In this document: in pieces, positions 17,563 through 26,333 of the stretch
Position numbering within the stretch: position 1 is the first letter of the stretch
How the letters are laid out: the number at the start of each line of letters is the position of its first letter
Source: an archaeon
GTDB lineage: Archaea; Nanobdellota; Nanobdellia; Pacearchaeales; GW2011-AR1
Length of the DNA stretch: 64,000 bases
Assembly (NCBI GenBank): GCA_043810865.1
Contig: JBDRNS010000020.1
Location: 17,828-81,827 of the forward strand
Direction of reading: 5' to 3'
The notes under the pieces: generated by a model
What the model saw: only the letters and a program-made list of their open reading frames with translations
What the model was told of the DNA's origin: nothing
Databases searched by the model: none
Made by a program: the position numbers and the translations under genes

Positions 17563-18498
17563 ATGGGTACGAGAAAATCACCGAGAAAAGGAAGCCTGCA
17601 GTTTTGGCCGAGGAAGAGAGCGAAAAAATTTCTTCCCAGAACTAACTGGAGTGCCATTAATTCTGAATCCAAGAAATTGAAGGGTTTTATCTGCTACAAG
17701 GCAGGCATGAAATCTGCTTATGTTACTGACAATACAGCGAACTCTATGAGCAAGGGAAAAAAGATAATAGTTCCTGTTACAATTCTTGAATGTCCGCCGA
17801 TGAAAATATTCTCTGTAAGATTTTACAAGAATGGAATCGTGCAAAAAGAAATTCTTGCTGATAATCTTGAAAAAGAACTGAAAAGAAAAGTCAAGCTTCC
17901 GAAAACAAAAAGAGAAATGAAAACAGACGGCGATTATGATGACGTTAAAATCATTGCTTATTCCAAAGTTAAGGGGACAGGAATCAAGAAAACGCCTGAT
18001 TTGGCTGAAATTGGCTTGGGAGGAACAAAAGAAGAGAAAATCAATTTTGCAAAAGAAAATCTCGGAAAAGAAATTCATGTTTCTGATGTTTTTGAAAAAG
18101 GACGTCTTGCTGATTTTCGCGGATTGACGAAGGGAAAAGGACTTGTCGGGCCTGTGAAAAGATTTGGCATAAAGCTGAAAAGTCACAAGTCAGAGAAAGG
18201 AAGAAGACGCCCGGGAAGTTTAGGACCGTGGCATCCTGCACGAGTTACTTTCCGCGTTCCAATGGCAGGACAGCTTGGAATGTTCACACGAGTTGTTTAC
18301 AATAACAAGATAATTGACTTGGGAAAGACGGATGAAAAGTTCAAAGGAATAAAAAATTACGGAGATGTAAAAACAGATTATCTCATCGTGCAGGGAAGCG
18401 TGCAGGGAAGTGTGAAAAGACAACTTGTTGCAACCAATCCGTTAAGAGGAACAAAAAAACAATTAAAAAAGAATTACGAACTTTTGGAGTTGAGATAA
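17563..18498 (+). CDS. rpl3: 50S ribosomal protein L3 (uL3)
   Basis: N-terminus SPRKGSLQFWPRKRAKK with FICYKAGM, plus operon position. Confidence 0.95.
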   Translation: MGTRKSPRKGSLQFWPRKRAKKFLPRTNWSAINSESKKLKGFICYKAGMKSAYVTDNTANSMSKGKKIIVPVTILECPPMKIFSVRFYKNGIVQKEILADNLEKELKRKVKLPKTKREMKTDGDYDDVKIIAYSKVKGTGIKKTPDLAEIGLGGTKEEKINFAKENLGKEIHVSDVFEKGRLADFRGLTKGKGLVGPVKRFGIKLKSHKSEKGRRRPGSLGPWHPARVTFRVPMAGQLGMFTRVVYNNKIIDLGKTDEKFKGIKNYGDVKTDYLIVQGSVQGSVKRQLVATNPLRGTKKQLKKNYELLELR

Positions 18499-18549
18499 AA
18501 TGAAAGCAAATCAAAGATTTTCGTTCATTCTCCATAGAGGGTATGTCGA

Positions 18550-19344
18550 ATGAAAGCAGAAATTTTAGACATCAACGGAAAGAAAACAAAAGAAATAGAA
18601 CTGCCTGAATTTTTTTCGGAGAAAATCAGAGAAGATATTGTTGCAAGAGTTCTTGAAGCGAAAAAGAAAAAGCAACCCTATTCTCCGAGTTTGGTTGCGG
18701 GAAAGCAATATTCTGCTAGCGGAAAAATAAAACACCACAGGCATGTTTGGAAAACGCATTACGGAAAAGGAATTGCAAGAATTCCAAGGAAGATAATGTC
18801 GCGAAGAGGTTCTCAGTTCAACTGGATTGGCGCGACTGTTCCAAGCACTGTCGGAGGAAGAAGAGCGCATCCGCCAAAAGTTGTTGCAATGATAAACAGC
18901 AAAAAAATAAACAAGAAAGAAATAAGCATTGCACTAAAATCCGCGATAAGCGCGACGGCAAATGAAAAGGAAGTTTCTGGAAAATATGAAAAATTAAGAA
19001 ATGAAAAATTGAAACTTCCGATTGTTGTTGAATCAAAAATAACTTCACTGAAAGCAAAAGAACTTATGAACAGTATGAAAAAAATTCTTGGAGGAAAACT
19101 TTTTGATGTTGCAATAAAAAAGAAAACAATAAGAGCAGGGAAAGGAAAAATGAGGGGGAGAAAATACAAAAGCAACGCAGGACTTTTGATTGTCACGGGA
19201 AATGACGAGAAAATGAAAACAGGATTTTTTGATGTTGTGAATGCAAAGAACGTAAGCATTACTGATTTAGCCAAAGGAGGACTTGGACGACTGACTGTTT
19301 ACACTGAAAACTCAATTAAAAATTTGAAGGAGAAAATAAAATGA
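18550..19344 (+). CDS. rpl4: 50S ribosomal protein L4 (uL4)
   Basis: GKGIARIPR and VGGRRAHPPK motifs, plus operon position. Confidence 0.95.
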   Translation: MKAEILDINGKKTKEIELPEFFSEKIREDIVARVLEAKKKKQPYSPSLVAGKQYSASGKIKHHRHVWKTHYGKGIARIPRKIMSRRGSQFNWIGATVPSTVGGRRAHPPKVVAMINSKKINKKEISIALKSAISATANEKEVSGKYEKLRNEKLKLPIVVESKITSLKAKELMNSMKKILGGKLFDVAIKKKTIRAGKGKMRGRKYKSNAGLLIVTGNDEKMKTGFFDVVNAKNVSITDLAKGGLGRLTVYTENSIKNLKEKIK

Positions 19345-19604
19345 AAAGAAATTATGGTGGAAACGGAAATGGAATTGTAAGAACAGAAGACGGAGAATAT
19401 ACACCATTAAAAATAAAAACAGTTGCAGGCAAATGCGAATTTTATGGTTCGGGAAACTGTCGCGATGAAAGAAGATGTGATGCTGCAGGACATATGCTCG
19501 GACCTGAGGGAGATAATGGAAAAAGAAAAATTATAGGAGTTTGTGAAGGTTACATTCCTACCCTTAAAGAAATTTTAGTGCCGGAGATGAGGAGAGTAAG
19601 ATGA
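19341..19604 (+). CDS. Hypothetical 87-aa Gly- and Cys-containing protein inserted in the ribosomal operon
   Basis: Its ATG overlaps the rpl4 stop (ATGA at 19341-19344). It has four Cys (GKCEF, GNCRD, RRCDA, GVCEG). It resembles no ribosomal protein I know. Confidence 0.6.
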   Translation: MKRNYGGNGNGIVRTEDGEYTPLKIKTVAGKCEFYGSGNCRDERRCDAAGHMLGPEGDNGKRKIIGVCEGYIPTLKEILVPEMRRVR

Positions 19605-20248
19605 ACCTTAAACCAGTTGCACTTGATTTGGAAATGTCGGGATTAGACATGGAAAAATGCGGAGTGTGGCAGATAGGCGCTGTTGATTTGGATACGGGAG
19701 AAGAATTTTTAGAGGAATCAAGAATTGACGACGAGGATGAAGTTAATGAAGAATCAATGAGGGTTTCAATGAAAACAGAAGAAGAGCTGAGGGATCCAAG
19801 TAAACAGTCACAGGAAGAAATGATTAGAAAATTTTTCGCGTGGATGGAAAAAAGGAGAGCGAGAAATTTTTTGGCGCAAAATCCTGCGTTTGACATGGGC
19901 TTTCTTTACATAAAGGCAAGCAAATACAATCTGAGAAAGCCGTTCCATTTCAGAAGCTTTGACTTGCATACAATTGCACAGGTAATTTTTTACAAACTCA
20001 ACAATAAATTTTTCACAAGGGAAAACGACAGCGACATGAGTTTGACTAATATCTTGGAGTTTTGCGGAATCCCCGACGGGAGAGTGCAACTTGTAAGGGG
20101 AAAGGTTGCAAAAGAAGGAAAGCCGCACAATGCGCTGGAAGACGCAAAACTTGCCGCAGAATGTTTTTGCCGACTTATGAAAGGAGAAAATCTTTTTCCA
20201 GAATATTCACAGTATGCAATTCCGGAGGTTTTGAAAAATGCATCTTAA
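19601..20248 (+). CDS. DEDDh-type 3'-5' exonuclease (DnaQ / RNase T / oligoribonuclease superfamily)
   Basis: ExoI is ALDLEMSG, ExoII is QNPAFDMGFL and ExoIII is HNALEDAKLAAE. An acidic insert lies between ExoI and ExoII. The start overlaps the upstream stop (ATGA) and the 3' end overlaps the rpl23 start by 11 nt. Confidence 0.8.
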   Translation: MNLKPVALDLEMSGLDMEKCGVWQIGAVDLDTGEEFLEESRIDDEDEVNEESMRVSMKTEEELRDPSKQSQEEMIRKFFAWMEKRRARNFLAQNPAFDMGFLYIKASKYNLRKPFHFRSFDLHTIAQVIFYKLNNKFFTRENDSDMSLTNILEFCGIPDGRVQLVRGKVAKEGKPHNALEDAKLAAECFCRLMKGENLFPEYSQYAIPEVLKNAS

Positions 20249-20480
20249 GCCAGTAACAACTGAAAAGGCAGTTATGATGATTGAAAAAGAAAACGCGCTT
20301 TTGTTTGAAACAGAAATGAAAATGACAAAAGAGGAAATAAAAAAAGAAATTGGAGAAATCTTTGACGTGAAAATTGAAAAAGTCAGGACGCTGATTAAGA
20401 AAAACAAGAAATATGCTTACGTAAAATTAAACAAAAAGTTTCCTGCCATCGACGTGGCGACGAAACTTGGAGTGATATAA
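20238..20480 (+). CDS. rpl23: 50S ribosomal protein L23 (uL23)
   Basis: KPVTTEKAV...ALLFETEMKMTKEEIKKEIGEIFDVKIEKVRT is the typical L23 pattern. Confidence 0.9.
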   Translation: MHLKPVTTEKAVMMIEKENALLFETEMKMTKEEIKKEIGEIFDVKIEKVRTLIKKNKKYAYVKLNKKFPAIDVATKLGVI

Positions 20481-20788
20481 TGGAAGAAAAAAGTTACCAA
20501 GGACAATTGAATGAACTTAATATTTTAACAGGAGAATTATTAGCAAGAGACGCAAAAGATGACGAAGCGGGAATAGCTCCGGCTGCTGCTCTTAAACTTA
20601 GGGTATATGGTTTTAGACAGCCGGTAGACAAGGGCCCATTGAAATATTCTAAAGGAGGGATTGAAGTGACTTATGATACATTCAGACAAGAACCTTTTAA
20701 GATTACAATTGAAGAAGACAGGTGGTTTGCAGTTCCAAGAGTACGAAGAATTTTATCTGATTTATTAAAAGAATTTAAAGAAATTTAA
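20480..20788 (+). CDS. Hypothetical 102-aa protein inserted between rpl23 and rpl2
   Basis: The start shares one nucleotide with the rpl23 stop (TAATG). The gene ends 1 nt before rpl2. No motif is recognised. Confidence 0.6.
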   Translation: MEEKSYQGQLNELNILTGELLARDAKDDEAGIAPAAALKLRVYGFRQPVDKGPLKYSKGGIEVTYDTFRQEPFKITIEEDRWFAVPRVRRILSDLLKEFKEI

Positions 20789-20789
20789 A

Positions 20790-21488
20790 ATGGGAAAGAG
20801 AATAATTTCGCAGGCAAGAGGGCACGGAAGCTCAACTTACAGAGTAAGAAGAAAAGCATTCAGATACAAGCTGAAATATCCCCCTAAACTTGCGGGAGAA
20901 GGAATGGTTTTGAAACTTTTGAATTCTCCGGGACACAGTGCGCCGCTCGCGAAAATAAAATACAACAAAGGAATATTTTTTATTCCTGCATTCAGGGGAA
21001 TGTATGAGGGGCAAAAGATAGGTTTTGGAAAAGAAGCTAAAGAAGGAAACATCATGAGATTGGAAAATATTCCTGTAAAAACAAACATTTACAACATTGA
21101 ATCGCGCCCGGGCGACGGAGGAGTTTTCATAAAAACATCCGGAAATTCCGCGTTCATCAGCAGAATAACAGACAAAGGCATTTTTGTCACACTTCCGTCG
21201 AAAAAAGAAAGATTATTCAACAAAGAATGCAGAGCAATAGTCGGGACAATTGCAGGAGAAGGGCGGCTAAGCAAGCCGATTGTCAAGGCAGGAAAAAGTT
21301 TTCATATCAACAAATCAAAAGCAAGAATCTGGCCGAGGACATCTGCAGTTAAGATGAATGCGATAGACCATCCGTTCGGTTCAGGAAGAGGGAAAAATCC
21401 AAAAAGAAAAATAGCAAAAAGAAATGCTCCTCCTGGAAGAAGAGTAGGTCTGCTAAGGCCGAGAAGAACAGGAAGGAAGAAAAGATAA
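20790..21488 (+). CDS. rpl2: 50S ribosomal protein L2 (uL2)
   Basis: MGKRIISQARGHGS at the N-terminus, with the C-terminal sequence MNAIDHPFGSGRG. Confidence 0.95.
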   Translation: MGKRIISQARGHGSSTYRVRRKAFRYKLKYPPKLAGEGMVLKLLNSPGHSAPLAKIKYNKGIFFIPAFRGMYEGQKIGFGKEAKEGNIMRLENIPVKTNIYNIESRPGDGGVFIKTSGNSAFISRITDKGIFVTLPSKKERLFNKECRAIVGTIAGEGRLSKPIVKAGKSFHINKSKARIWPRTSAVKMNAIDHPFGSGRGKNPKRKIAKRNAPPGRRVGLLRPRRTGRKKR

Positions 21489-21489
21489 A

Positions 21490-21894
21490 ATGGCAGAAGA
21501 AATAACAACAAAAAAACAATTCACATACAGGGGAAAAACAATAGATGAACTGAAAAAACTGGATGTGAGAGAATTTGCAAAATTGCTTGAGTCAAAATAC
21601 AAGAGATTTGTTTTGAGGCAGTTTCATCAAATTGAAAATTTCACAAGCAGGGCGAACAAAAAAATTTCAAAAAACAAAGCAGTGAGAACGCACAACAGAG
21701 ATTTGATTATTGTTCCGCAAATGGTTGGGATGAAAATTTACATTTACAACGGAAAAAGTTTTGTTCCCTTAATTATCGTGGAAGAAATGCTGGGGCATAA
21801 GTTCGGCGAATTCGCGCTTTCACGAGGAAAAATAAAACACGGAAAAGCAGGAGTCGGTGCTACAAAGGGCTCCAAAGCGAAATCCAAAAAATAA
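21490..21894 (+). CDS. rps19: 30S ribosomal protein S19 (uS19)
   Basis: NGKSFVPLIIVEEMLGHKFGEFALSR matches S19, and the operon position fits. Confidence 0.95.
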   Translation: MAEEITTKKQFTYRGKTIDELKKLDVREFAKLLESKYKRFVLRQFHQIENFTSRANKKISKNKAVRTHNRDLIIVPQMVGMKIYIYNGKSFVPLIIVEEMLGHKFGEFALSRGKIKHGKAGVGATKGSKAKSKK

Positions 21895-21942
21895 AATGAA
21901 AAATAAATTTTTCAAGTATACAAAATCAGGAGATTTTGCATA

Positions 21943-22569
21943 ATGACAGAAAAAGATTACAATCCAGAGCAAAAACAGGCAAAGGCAATGAAAAAACAGC
22001 AAAAAGCCGAGAAGAAAAAGGAAAATATAGCTGAAGCCAAAACAGAAAAAGTTGAAGAGAAAAAAACTGAAAAGAAGGATAAAGAAAACAAAGAAGTTAA
22101 GGATGAGACCAAGAAAGAAGAAAAGCCCGAGAAAAAAATAACAAAGCCAAAAAGAAAAAAGACAGAGGCAGTTGTCAATGCGCGCTCGTTGCCGATTTCA
22201 ACAAAGCAGGCGATTGCCGTCTGCAAGTTTGTAAAAGGAAAAACAATTGAGAATGCAATGAACGATTTGGAAAAGGTTGTGCGGAAAAAAATTGCCGTGC
22301 CCATGAAGGGAGAAATTCCGCACAGAAAAGGAAAGATAATGTCGGGAAGATTTCCGAGAAAAACATCAGAACATTTTTTGAAGCTGCTTAAAAGTTTGGC
22401 AGGAAATGCAAATGTCAATGAAATCAATGAGCCAATAATTTTTGAAGCAATTGCAAATATTGCTCCAAGACCTTACGGGAAATTCGGCGCTGTCAGAAAA
22501 AAAAGAACTCATATAAAACTTGTTGCAAAAGAAAAGAAAGTTAAAAACAAATCCGGAGAGAAGAAATAA
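21943..22569 (+). CDS. rpl22: 50S ribosomal protein L22 (uL22) with a roughly 70-aa Lys/Glu-rich N-terminal extension
   Basis: The core is SLPISTKQAIAVCKFVKGKTIENAMNDLEKVV. The only in-frame Met codons before the core are residues 1 and 16, so the extension is at least about 60 aa. Confidence 0.9.
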   Translation: MTEKDYNPEQKQAKAMKKQQKAEKKKENIAEAKTEKVEEKKTEKKDKENKEVKDETKKEEKPEKKITKPKRKKTEAVVNARSLPISTKQAIAVCKFVKGKTIENAMNDLEKVVRKKIAVPMKGEIPHRKGKIMSGRFPRKTSEHFLKLLKSLAGNANVNEINEPIIFEAIANIAPRPYGKFGAVRKKRTHIKLVAKEKKVKNKSGEKK

Positions 22570-22570
22570 A

Positions 22571-23251
22571 ATGGAAGAAAAAAATATAGTCAAATTCAAG
22601 AAAGAAGAATTCGCGGTCAGAGAATACATCAAAAAATCTCTGGGCAAAGGAAGAATCAGCAACGTGAAAATAGAATACACTCCTGTGGGAGAAAAAATAG
22701 TTGTGTCGACAAACAAGCCGGGACTTGTTATAGGAAGAGGAGGAGAAAGAATAGATGAACTTACAACTGTCCTTAAAAGAAGATTCAAACTTGAAAATCC
22801 CCACATAGAAATAAACGAAATCATGAAGCCGGAATTTGACGCGCAGATTATTGCTGATGAAATTGCGACAGCGCTGGAAAATTTCGGGCCATTGAAATTC
22901 AAAGTTATTGCATACAGGACTATACAAAAAATAATGAATGCAGGAGCATTGGGAGTTGAGATAAGATTGGGCGGGAAACTTCCAAGTTCAAGGGCAAAGC
23001 AATGGAGATTTGCACAGGGCTATCTGAAAAAAGTCGGCGACAGCGCAAAAGTTGTTGACAGAGCACAATCAATTGCACAGACAAAACCAGGAACAGTCGG
23101 AGTTAAAGTTGCAATACTCTCGCCCGACGCCAAATTGTCAGACAAAATTGTCGTCGACAACGAAATGATTGAAAAAATAAAACAGAACAAGGAATTTGTT
23201 CCTCAAGAGAAAATAAAAACAAAGAAAAAAACAAATTCAAAAAAGAAATAA
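22571..23251 (+). CDS. rps3: 30S ribosomal protein S3 (uS3)
   Basis: KH domain with VVSTNKPGLVIGRGGERI. I take the ATG at 22571, just after the rpl22 stop, rather than the track start at 22520. Confidence 0.93.
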   Translation: MEEKNIVKFKKEEFAVREYIKKSLGKGRISNVKIEYTPVGEKIVVSTNKPGLVIGRGGERIDELTTVLKRRFKLENPHIEINEIMKPEFDAQIIADEIATALENFGPLKFKVIAYRTIQKIMNAGALGVEIRLGGKLPSSRAKQWRFAQGYLKKVGDSAKVVDRAQSIAQTKPGTVGVKVAILSPDAKLSDKIVVDNEMIEKIKQNKEFVPQEKIKTKKKTNSKKK

Positions 23252-23252
23252 A

Positions 23253-23435
23253 ATGGCAACTTTAAAAATGAAAGATTTGAAATCAATGGGCAAGGAAGAA
23301 AGAGAAAAGAAAATGAAAGAACTTAAATTTGAACTTATAAAATCAAATGCAAATGCGTCAAAGACAGGTTCAAAAACCAAAGAAATCAGAAAAATAATCG
23401 CACGCATTAAAACGTTCGATAAAACAAACAAATAA
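23253..23435 (+). CDS. rpl29: 50S ribosomal protein L29 (uL29)
   Basis: The 60-aa sequence LKSMGKEEREKKMKELKFELIK...IRKIIARIKT fits L29. Confidence 0.9.
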   Translation: MATLKMKDLKSMGKEEREKKMKELKFELIKSNANASKTGSKTKEIRKIIARIKTFDKTNK

Positions 23436-23436
23436 C

Positions 23437-23733
23437 ATGGAGATATGCCCAAAATGCGGCCTGCCAAAACAGGCATGTGTATGTGAACAGATTGTAAAAA
23501 GTTCACAGAAGATAAAGGTATCTACAGACAAGAAGAAATACGGGAAGCTGGTAACAGTGATTACCGGTTTTGAAAGCGGGATTGACATGAAAAAAATTGT
23601 GAAGTCGCTGAAAAACGAACTCGCCTGCGGGGGAACAAACAAAGGCAACACAATTGAACTTCAGGGAGATCACACGAAGAAAGTAAAACAAGTCCTTATA
23701 AAACTGGGATTTGAAGAAGAGTTGATAGATTAA
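23437..23733 (+). CDS. sui1: Translation initiation factor SUI1 / aIF1
   Basis: N-terminal CPKCG..C.C zinc knuckle, then KYGKLVTVITG and LACGGT...IELQGDH. Confidence 0.9.
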   Translation: MEICPKCGLPKQACVCEQIVKSSQKIKVSTDKKKYGKLVTVITGFESGIDMKKIVKSLKNELACGGTNKGNTIELQGDHTKKVKQVLIKLGFEEELID

Positions 23734-23748
23734 ACATACACATAGAAA

Positions 23749-24126
23749 ATGAAAAAAACAGAAAGCAAAAAAGAAAGAAGAGAAAGCAAACTACAAGACG
23801 GAAGTATCGCAGAAACAGAAAAGTGCAATGATATTAAATGCAACATTCACGGGAAACTAAAAACAAGAGGAAGAGTTTTCGAGGGAACTGTCATTAAGAA
23901 ATTTCCGAAGAGAGTTGCAGTTGAATTTGAGAGAATGATTTACATAAGAAAATATGAAAGATATGCAAAGAAAAAAACAAAAATTCACGCGCGGCTTCCC
24001 GAATGCACTGAAAAAAACGTGAATGTCGGCGATTTGATAAAAGTTCAGGAATGCCGTCCCTTAAGCAAAATTGTTCACTTCATTGTCTTAAGCAAAATAA
24101 AAGACAAAGAGGAAAATTTCAAATGA
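23749..24126 (+). CDS. rps17: 30S ribosomal protein S17 (uS17)
   Basis: RGRVFEGTVIKKFPKRVAVEFERMIYIRKYERY and VGDLIKVQECRPLSK match S17. Confidence 0.93.
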   Translation: MKKTESKKERRESKLQDGSIAETEKCNDIKCNIHGKLKTRGRVFEGTVIKKFPKRVAVEFERMIYIRKYERYAKKKTKIHARLPECTEKNVNVGDLIKVQECRPLSKIVHFIVLSKIKDKEENFK

Positions 24127-24524
24127 AAGCAATAAGTGCAAAAGCAACAAGAGGATTGAATTTGGGAACACTGATGATTGCATCTGATAACAGCGGTGCG
24201 AAGATTGTGAAACTTGTCGCCGTGAAAAAAGGAAAAACGAAAAAGGGACGACAGGGATATGCAAAAATATCTGACTGGGTAAAAGTCAGTGTCAGAAAAG
24301 GCGTTCCGGATATGAAGGGAAAAGTTTTTGACGCGGTTGTTATAAGGCAGAAGAGACCTTACAGAAGAAACAGCGGCGAGAGAATTGCATTTGAAGATAA
24401 TGCTGTTGCGATTCTTAAAGATGAAAAAGGAAATCCTAAAGGAACGCAAATAAAAGGACCTATCGCAAGAGAAGTTTTGGAGCGATGGGCAAGCGTAGCT
24501 AAAATTGCGTCAATAGTATATTAA
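24123..24524 (+). CDS. rpl14: 50S ribosomal protein L14 (uL14)
   Basis: The sequence contains IASDNSGAK. The ATG overlaps the rps17 stop (ATGA). The track start at 24051 is an upstream artefact. Confidence 0.93.
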   Translation: MKAISAKATRGLNLGTLMIASDNSGAKIVKLVAVKKGKTKKGRQGYAKISDWVKVSVRKGVPDMKGKVFDAVVIRQKRPYRRNSGERIAFEDNAVAILKDEKGNPKGTQIKGPIAREVLERWASVAKIASIVY

Positions 24525-24533
24525 AAACCAAAA

Positions 24534-24971
24534 ATGAAGAAAAAATTTTCAACAAAGTGGAAAGGAAGCAGGCAACCGAGAAAGCAGAGAAAATATTCAG
24601 CTAATGCTCCAATTCACATAAAGCGAAAATTTGTTTCAGTGAATCTTTCAAAAGAGCTTAGAAAAAAATACGGAAAGAGAAATGTTCCTGCTGTAAAAGG
24701 AGACAGCGTGAAAATAATGAGGGGAAAATTCAAAAAGAAAAACGGAAAGGTTGAAAGCGTTATTGGAAAGTCAGGGAAAATTTATGTTGAAGGAATACAG
24801 GCGACAAAACAGGACAAGTCAAAAGTTAATGTCCCACTGAGGGCTTCAAATTTGCAAATCACAGAACTCAATTTAAACGACAAGAAAAGATTAAATTCGC
24901 TTGAAAGAAAACAAAATAAAAAGGAAAACAAGGAGAGAAAAAATGCACCTGAAAAGACAAAAAACTCCTAA
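24534..24971 (+). CDS. rpl24: 50S ribosomal protein L24 (uL24) with a basic C-terminal extension
   Basis: KOW motif KGDSVKIMRGKFKKKNGKV. The tail is K/N/E-rich. Confidence 0.9.
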   Translation: MKKKFSTKWKGSRQPRKQRKYSANAPIHIKRKFVSVNLSKELRKKYGKRNVPAVKGDSVKIMRGKFKKKNGKVESVIGKSGKIYVEGIQATKQDKSKVNVPLRASNLQITELNLNDKKRLNSLERKQNKKENKERKNAPEKTKNS

Positions 24972-25605
24972 AAAATGGCCGACACCGAGAAAAGGAACAG
25001 CATACATAGTCAGACCCTCATTCAATCTTAAGTCAGGAATTCCTCTTTTAGTGGTTTTAAGGGATATGCTAAAAATTTCGCAAAACAGAAGAGAAGCCAA
25101 AAAAGCAATTTTATCAGGAAGTGTTTTACTTAACGGAAAAAAATTAAGGGACGAAAGTCAGGGAGTTTCATTGTTTGACACCATAACAATTGTTCCGCAA
25201 AAGAAATATTACAGAATAGTCCTGTCAGAAAACAAGAAATTCAAAATGGAGGAAATAAGTGAGAAGGAGTCATTCAACAAGGTTTCAAAAATAATAAACA
25301 AAAGAACACTGAACAAAAAGAAAATGCAAATAAACCTCAGCGACGGAAATAATTTTCTCTCTGACATGAAATGCAAGGTCAATGATTCTGTTCTGATAAA
25401 CTTAAAAGACAAAAAAATAGAGAAGTGCCTTCCTCTTGAAGAAAAGGCAGAGGTTATGATTTTTGACGGAAAACATACAGGAGAGACAGGAACAATCAAC
25501 AAAATAAATGAAAAAAACAAGATGGTTGAACTGAATATAAACTGGAAAACAGTAAATGCTTTAATTAAACAGATAATGGTGGTTAATAAAGATGGAAAAA
25601 GATAA
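24943..25605 (+). CDS. rps4e: 30S ribosomal protein S4e (eS4)
   Basis: MHLKRQKTPKKWPTPRKGTAYIVRP at the N-terminus. An AGGAGA Shine-Dalgarno-like sequence lies upstream of the ATG at 24943. Confidence 0.92.
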   Translation: MHLKRQKTPKKWPTPRKGTAYIVRPSFNLKSGIPLLVVLRDMLKISQNRREAKKAILSGSVLLNGKKLRDESQGVSLFDTITIVPQKKYYRIVLSENKKFKMEEISEKESFNKVSKIINKRTLNKKKMQINLSDGNNFLSDMKCKVNDSVLINLKDKKIEKCLPLEEKAEVMIFDGKHTGETGTINKINEKNKMVELNINWKTVNALIKQIMVVNKDGKR

Positions 25606-26098
25606 ACAGCCGATGAGAAAAATAAAAATAGAAAAAGTTGTTCTTAATGTGGGCGGAGCCGGAGATGAGCTTGCAAAAGGAACAAAGTTAATTGAATTTT
25701 TAACAAAAAGAAAGGCAGCTAAAATGAAAACAAGAAAAAGAATTCCTTCTCTCGGAGTCAGGCCGGGACTGGAAGTCGGAAGCGTCATTACTCTGAGAAA
25801 AAATGTCGATGATGTTTTAAAAAAAATGCTCTCTGCAATTGACAACACGTTAAAGAAAAAGCAAATCAGCGAGAATAATTTTTCATTTGGGGTAAAAGAG
25901 TATATCGAAATTCCCGGAGTGGAATACCAGAGAGACATAGGAATGAGGGGCTTTGATGTGACTGTTGTTTTCAAGAGAGCGGGACGGAGAACAGGAATAA
26001 GAAAAATTAAAACAGGAAGAATACCAAAGAGACAGACAATAGCAAAAGAAGAAATAATCAAATTCATGGAGGAAAATTTTAATACTAATTTCAAATGA
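25592..26098 (+). CDS. rpl5: 50S ribosomal protein L5 (uL5)
   Basis: [14 protein letters not shown] and the region [23 protein letters not shown] match L5. Confidence 0.93.
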   Translation: MEKDKQPMRKIKIEKVVLNVGGAGDELAKGTKLIEFLTKRKAAKMKTRKRIPSLGVRPGLEVGSVITLRKNVDDVLKKMLSAIDNTLKKKQISENNFSFGVKEYIEIPGVEYQRDIGMRGFDVTVVFKRAGRRTGIRKIKTGRIPKRQTIAKEEIIKFMEENFNTNFK

Positions 26099-26325
26099 CT
26101 GCAAGCGACTGGAAAAAAACACTAAATCAGCTTAAGAATAAGCCGGCATTAGCCGCGCGATTCACAAAACACAACAAACCAAAGGAAAGGAAAATAGGAA
26201 TCGCTTCAAAAAAATGCGGAAGATGCGGAAGATTCGGAGCACATATAAAATCATACGGATTAAATTTATGCAGGCAATGCTTCAGAGAAATTGCCGAGGA
26301 GATTGGCTTTAAAAAATACAGCTAA
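26095..26325 (+). CDS. rps14: 30S ribosomal protein S14 (uS14, zinc-binding type)
   Basis: [37 protein letters not shown] matches S14. The N-terminus is about 20 aa longer than typical archaeal S14. Confidence 0.9.
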   Translation: MTASDWKKTLNQLKNKPALAARFTKHNKPKERKIGIASKKCGRCGRFGAHIKSYGLNLCRQCFREIAEEIGFKKYS

Positions 26326-26333
26326 AGAGTAAA

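Noticed and set aside
21897-21941. 15-codon ORF (MKNKFFKYTKSGDFA) in the S19-L22 spacer
   Set aside because: It is too short, has no Shine-Dalgarno sequence and has no distinguishing feature.
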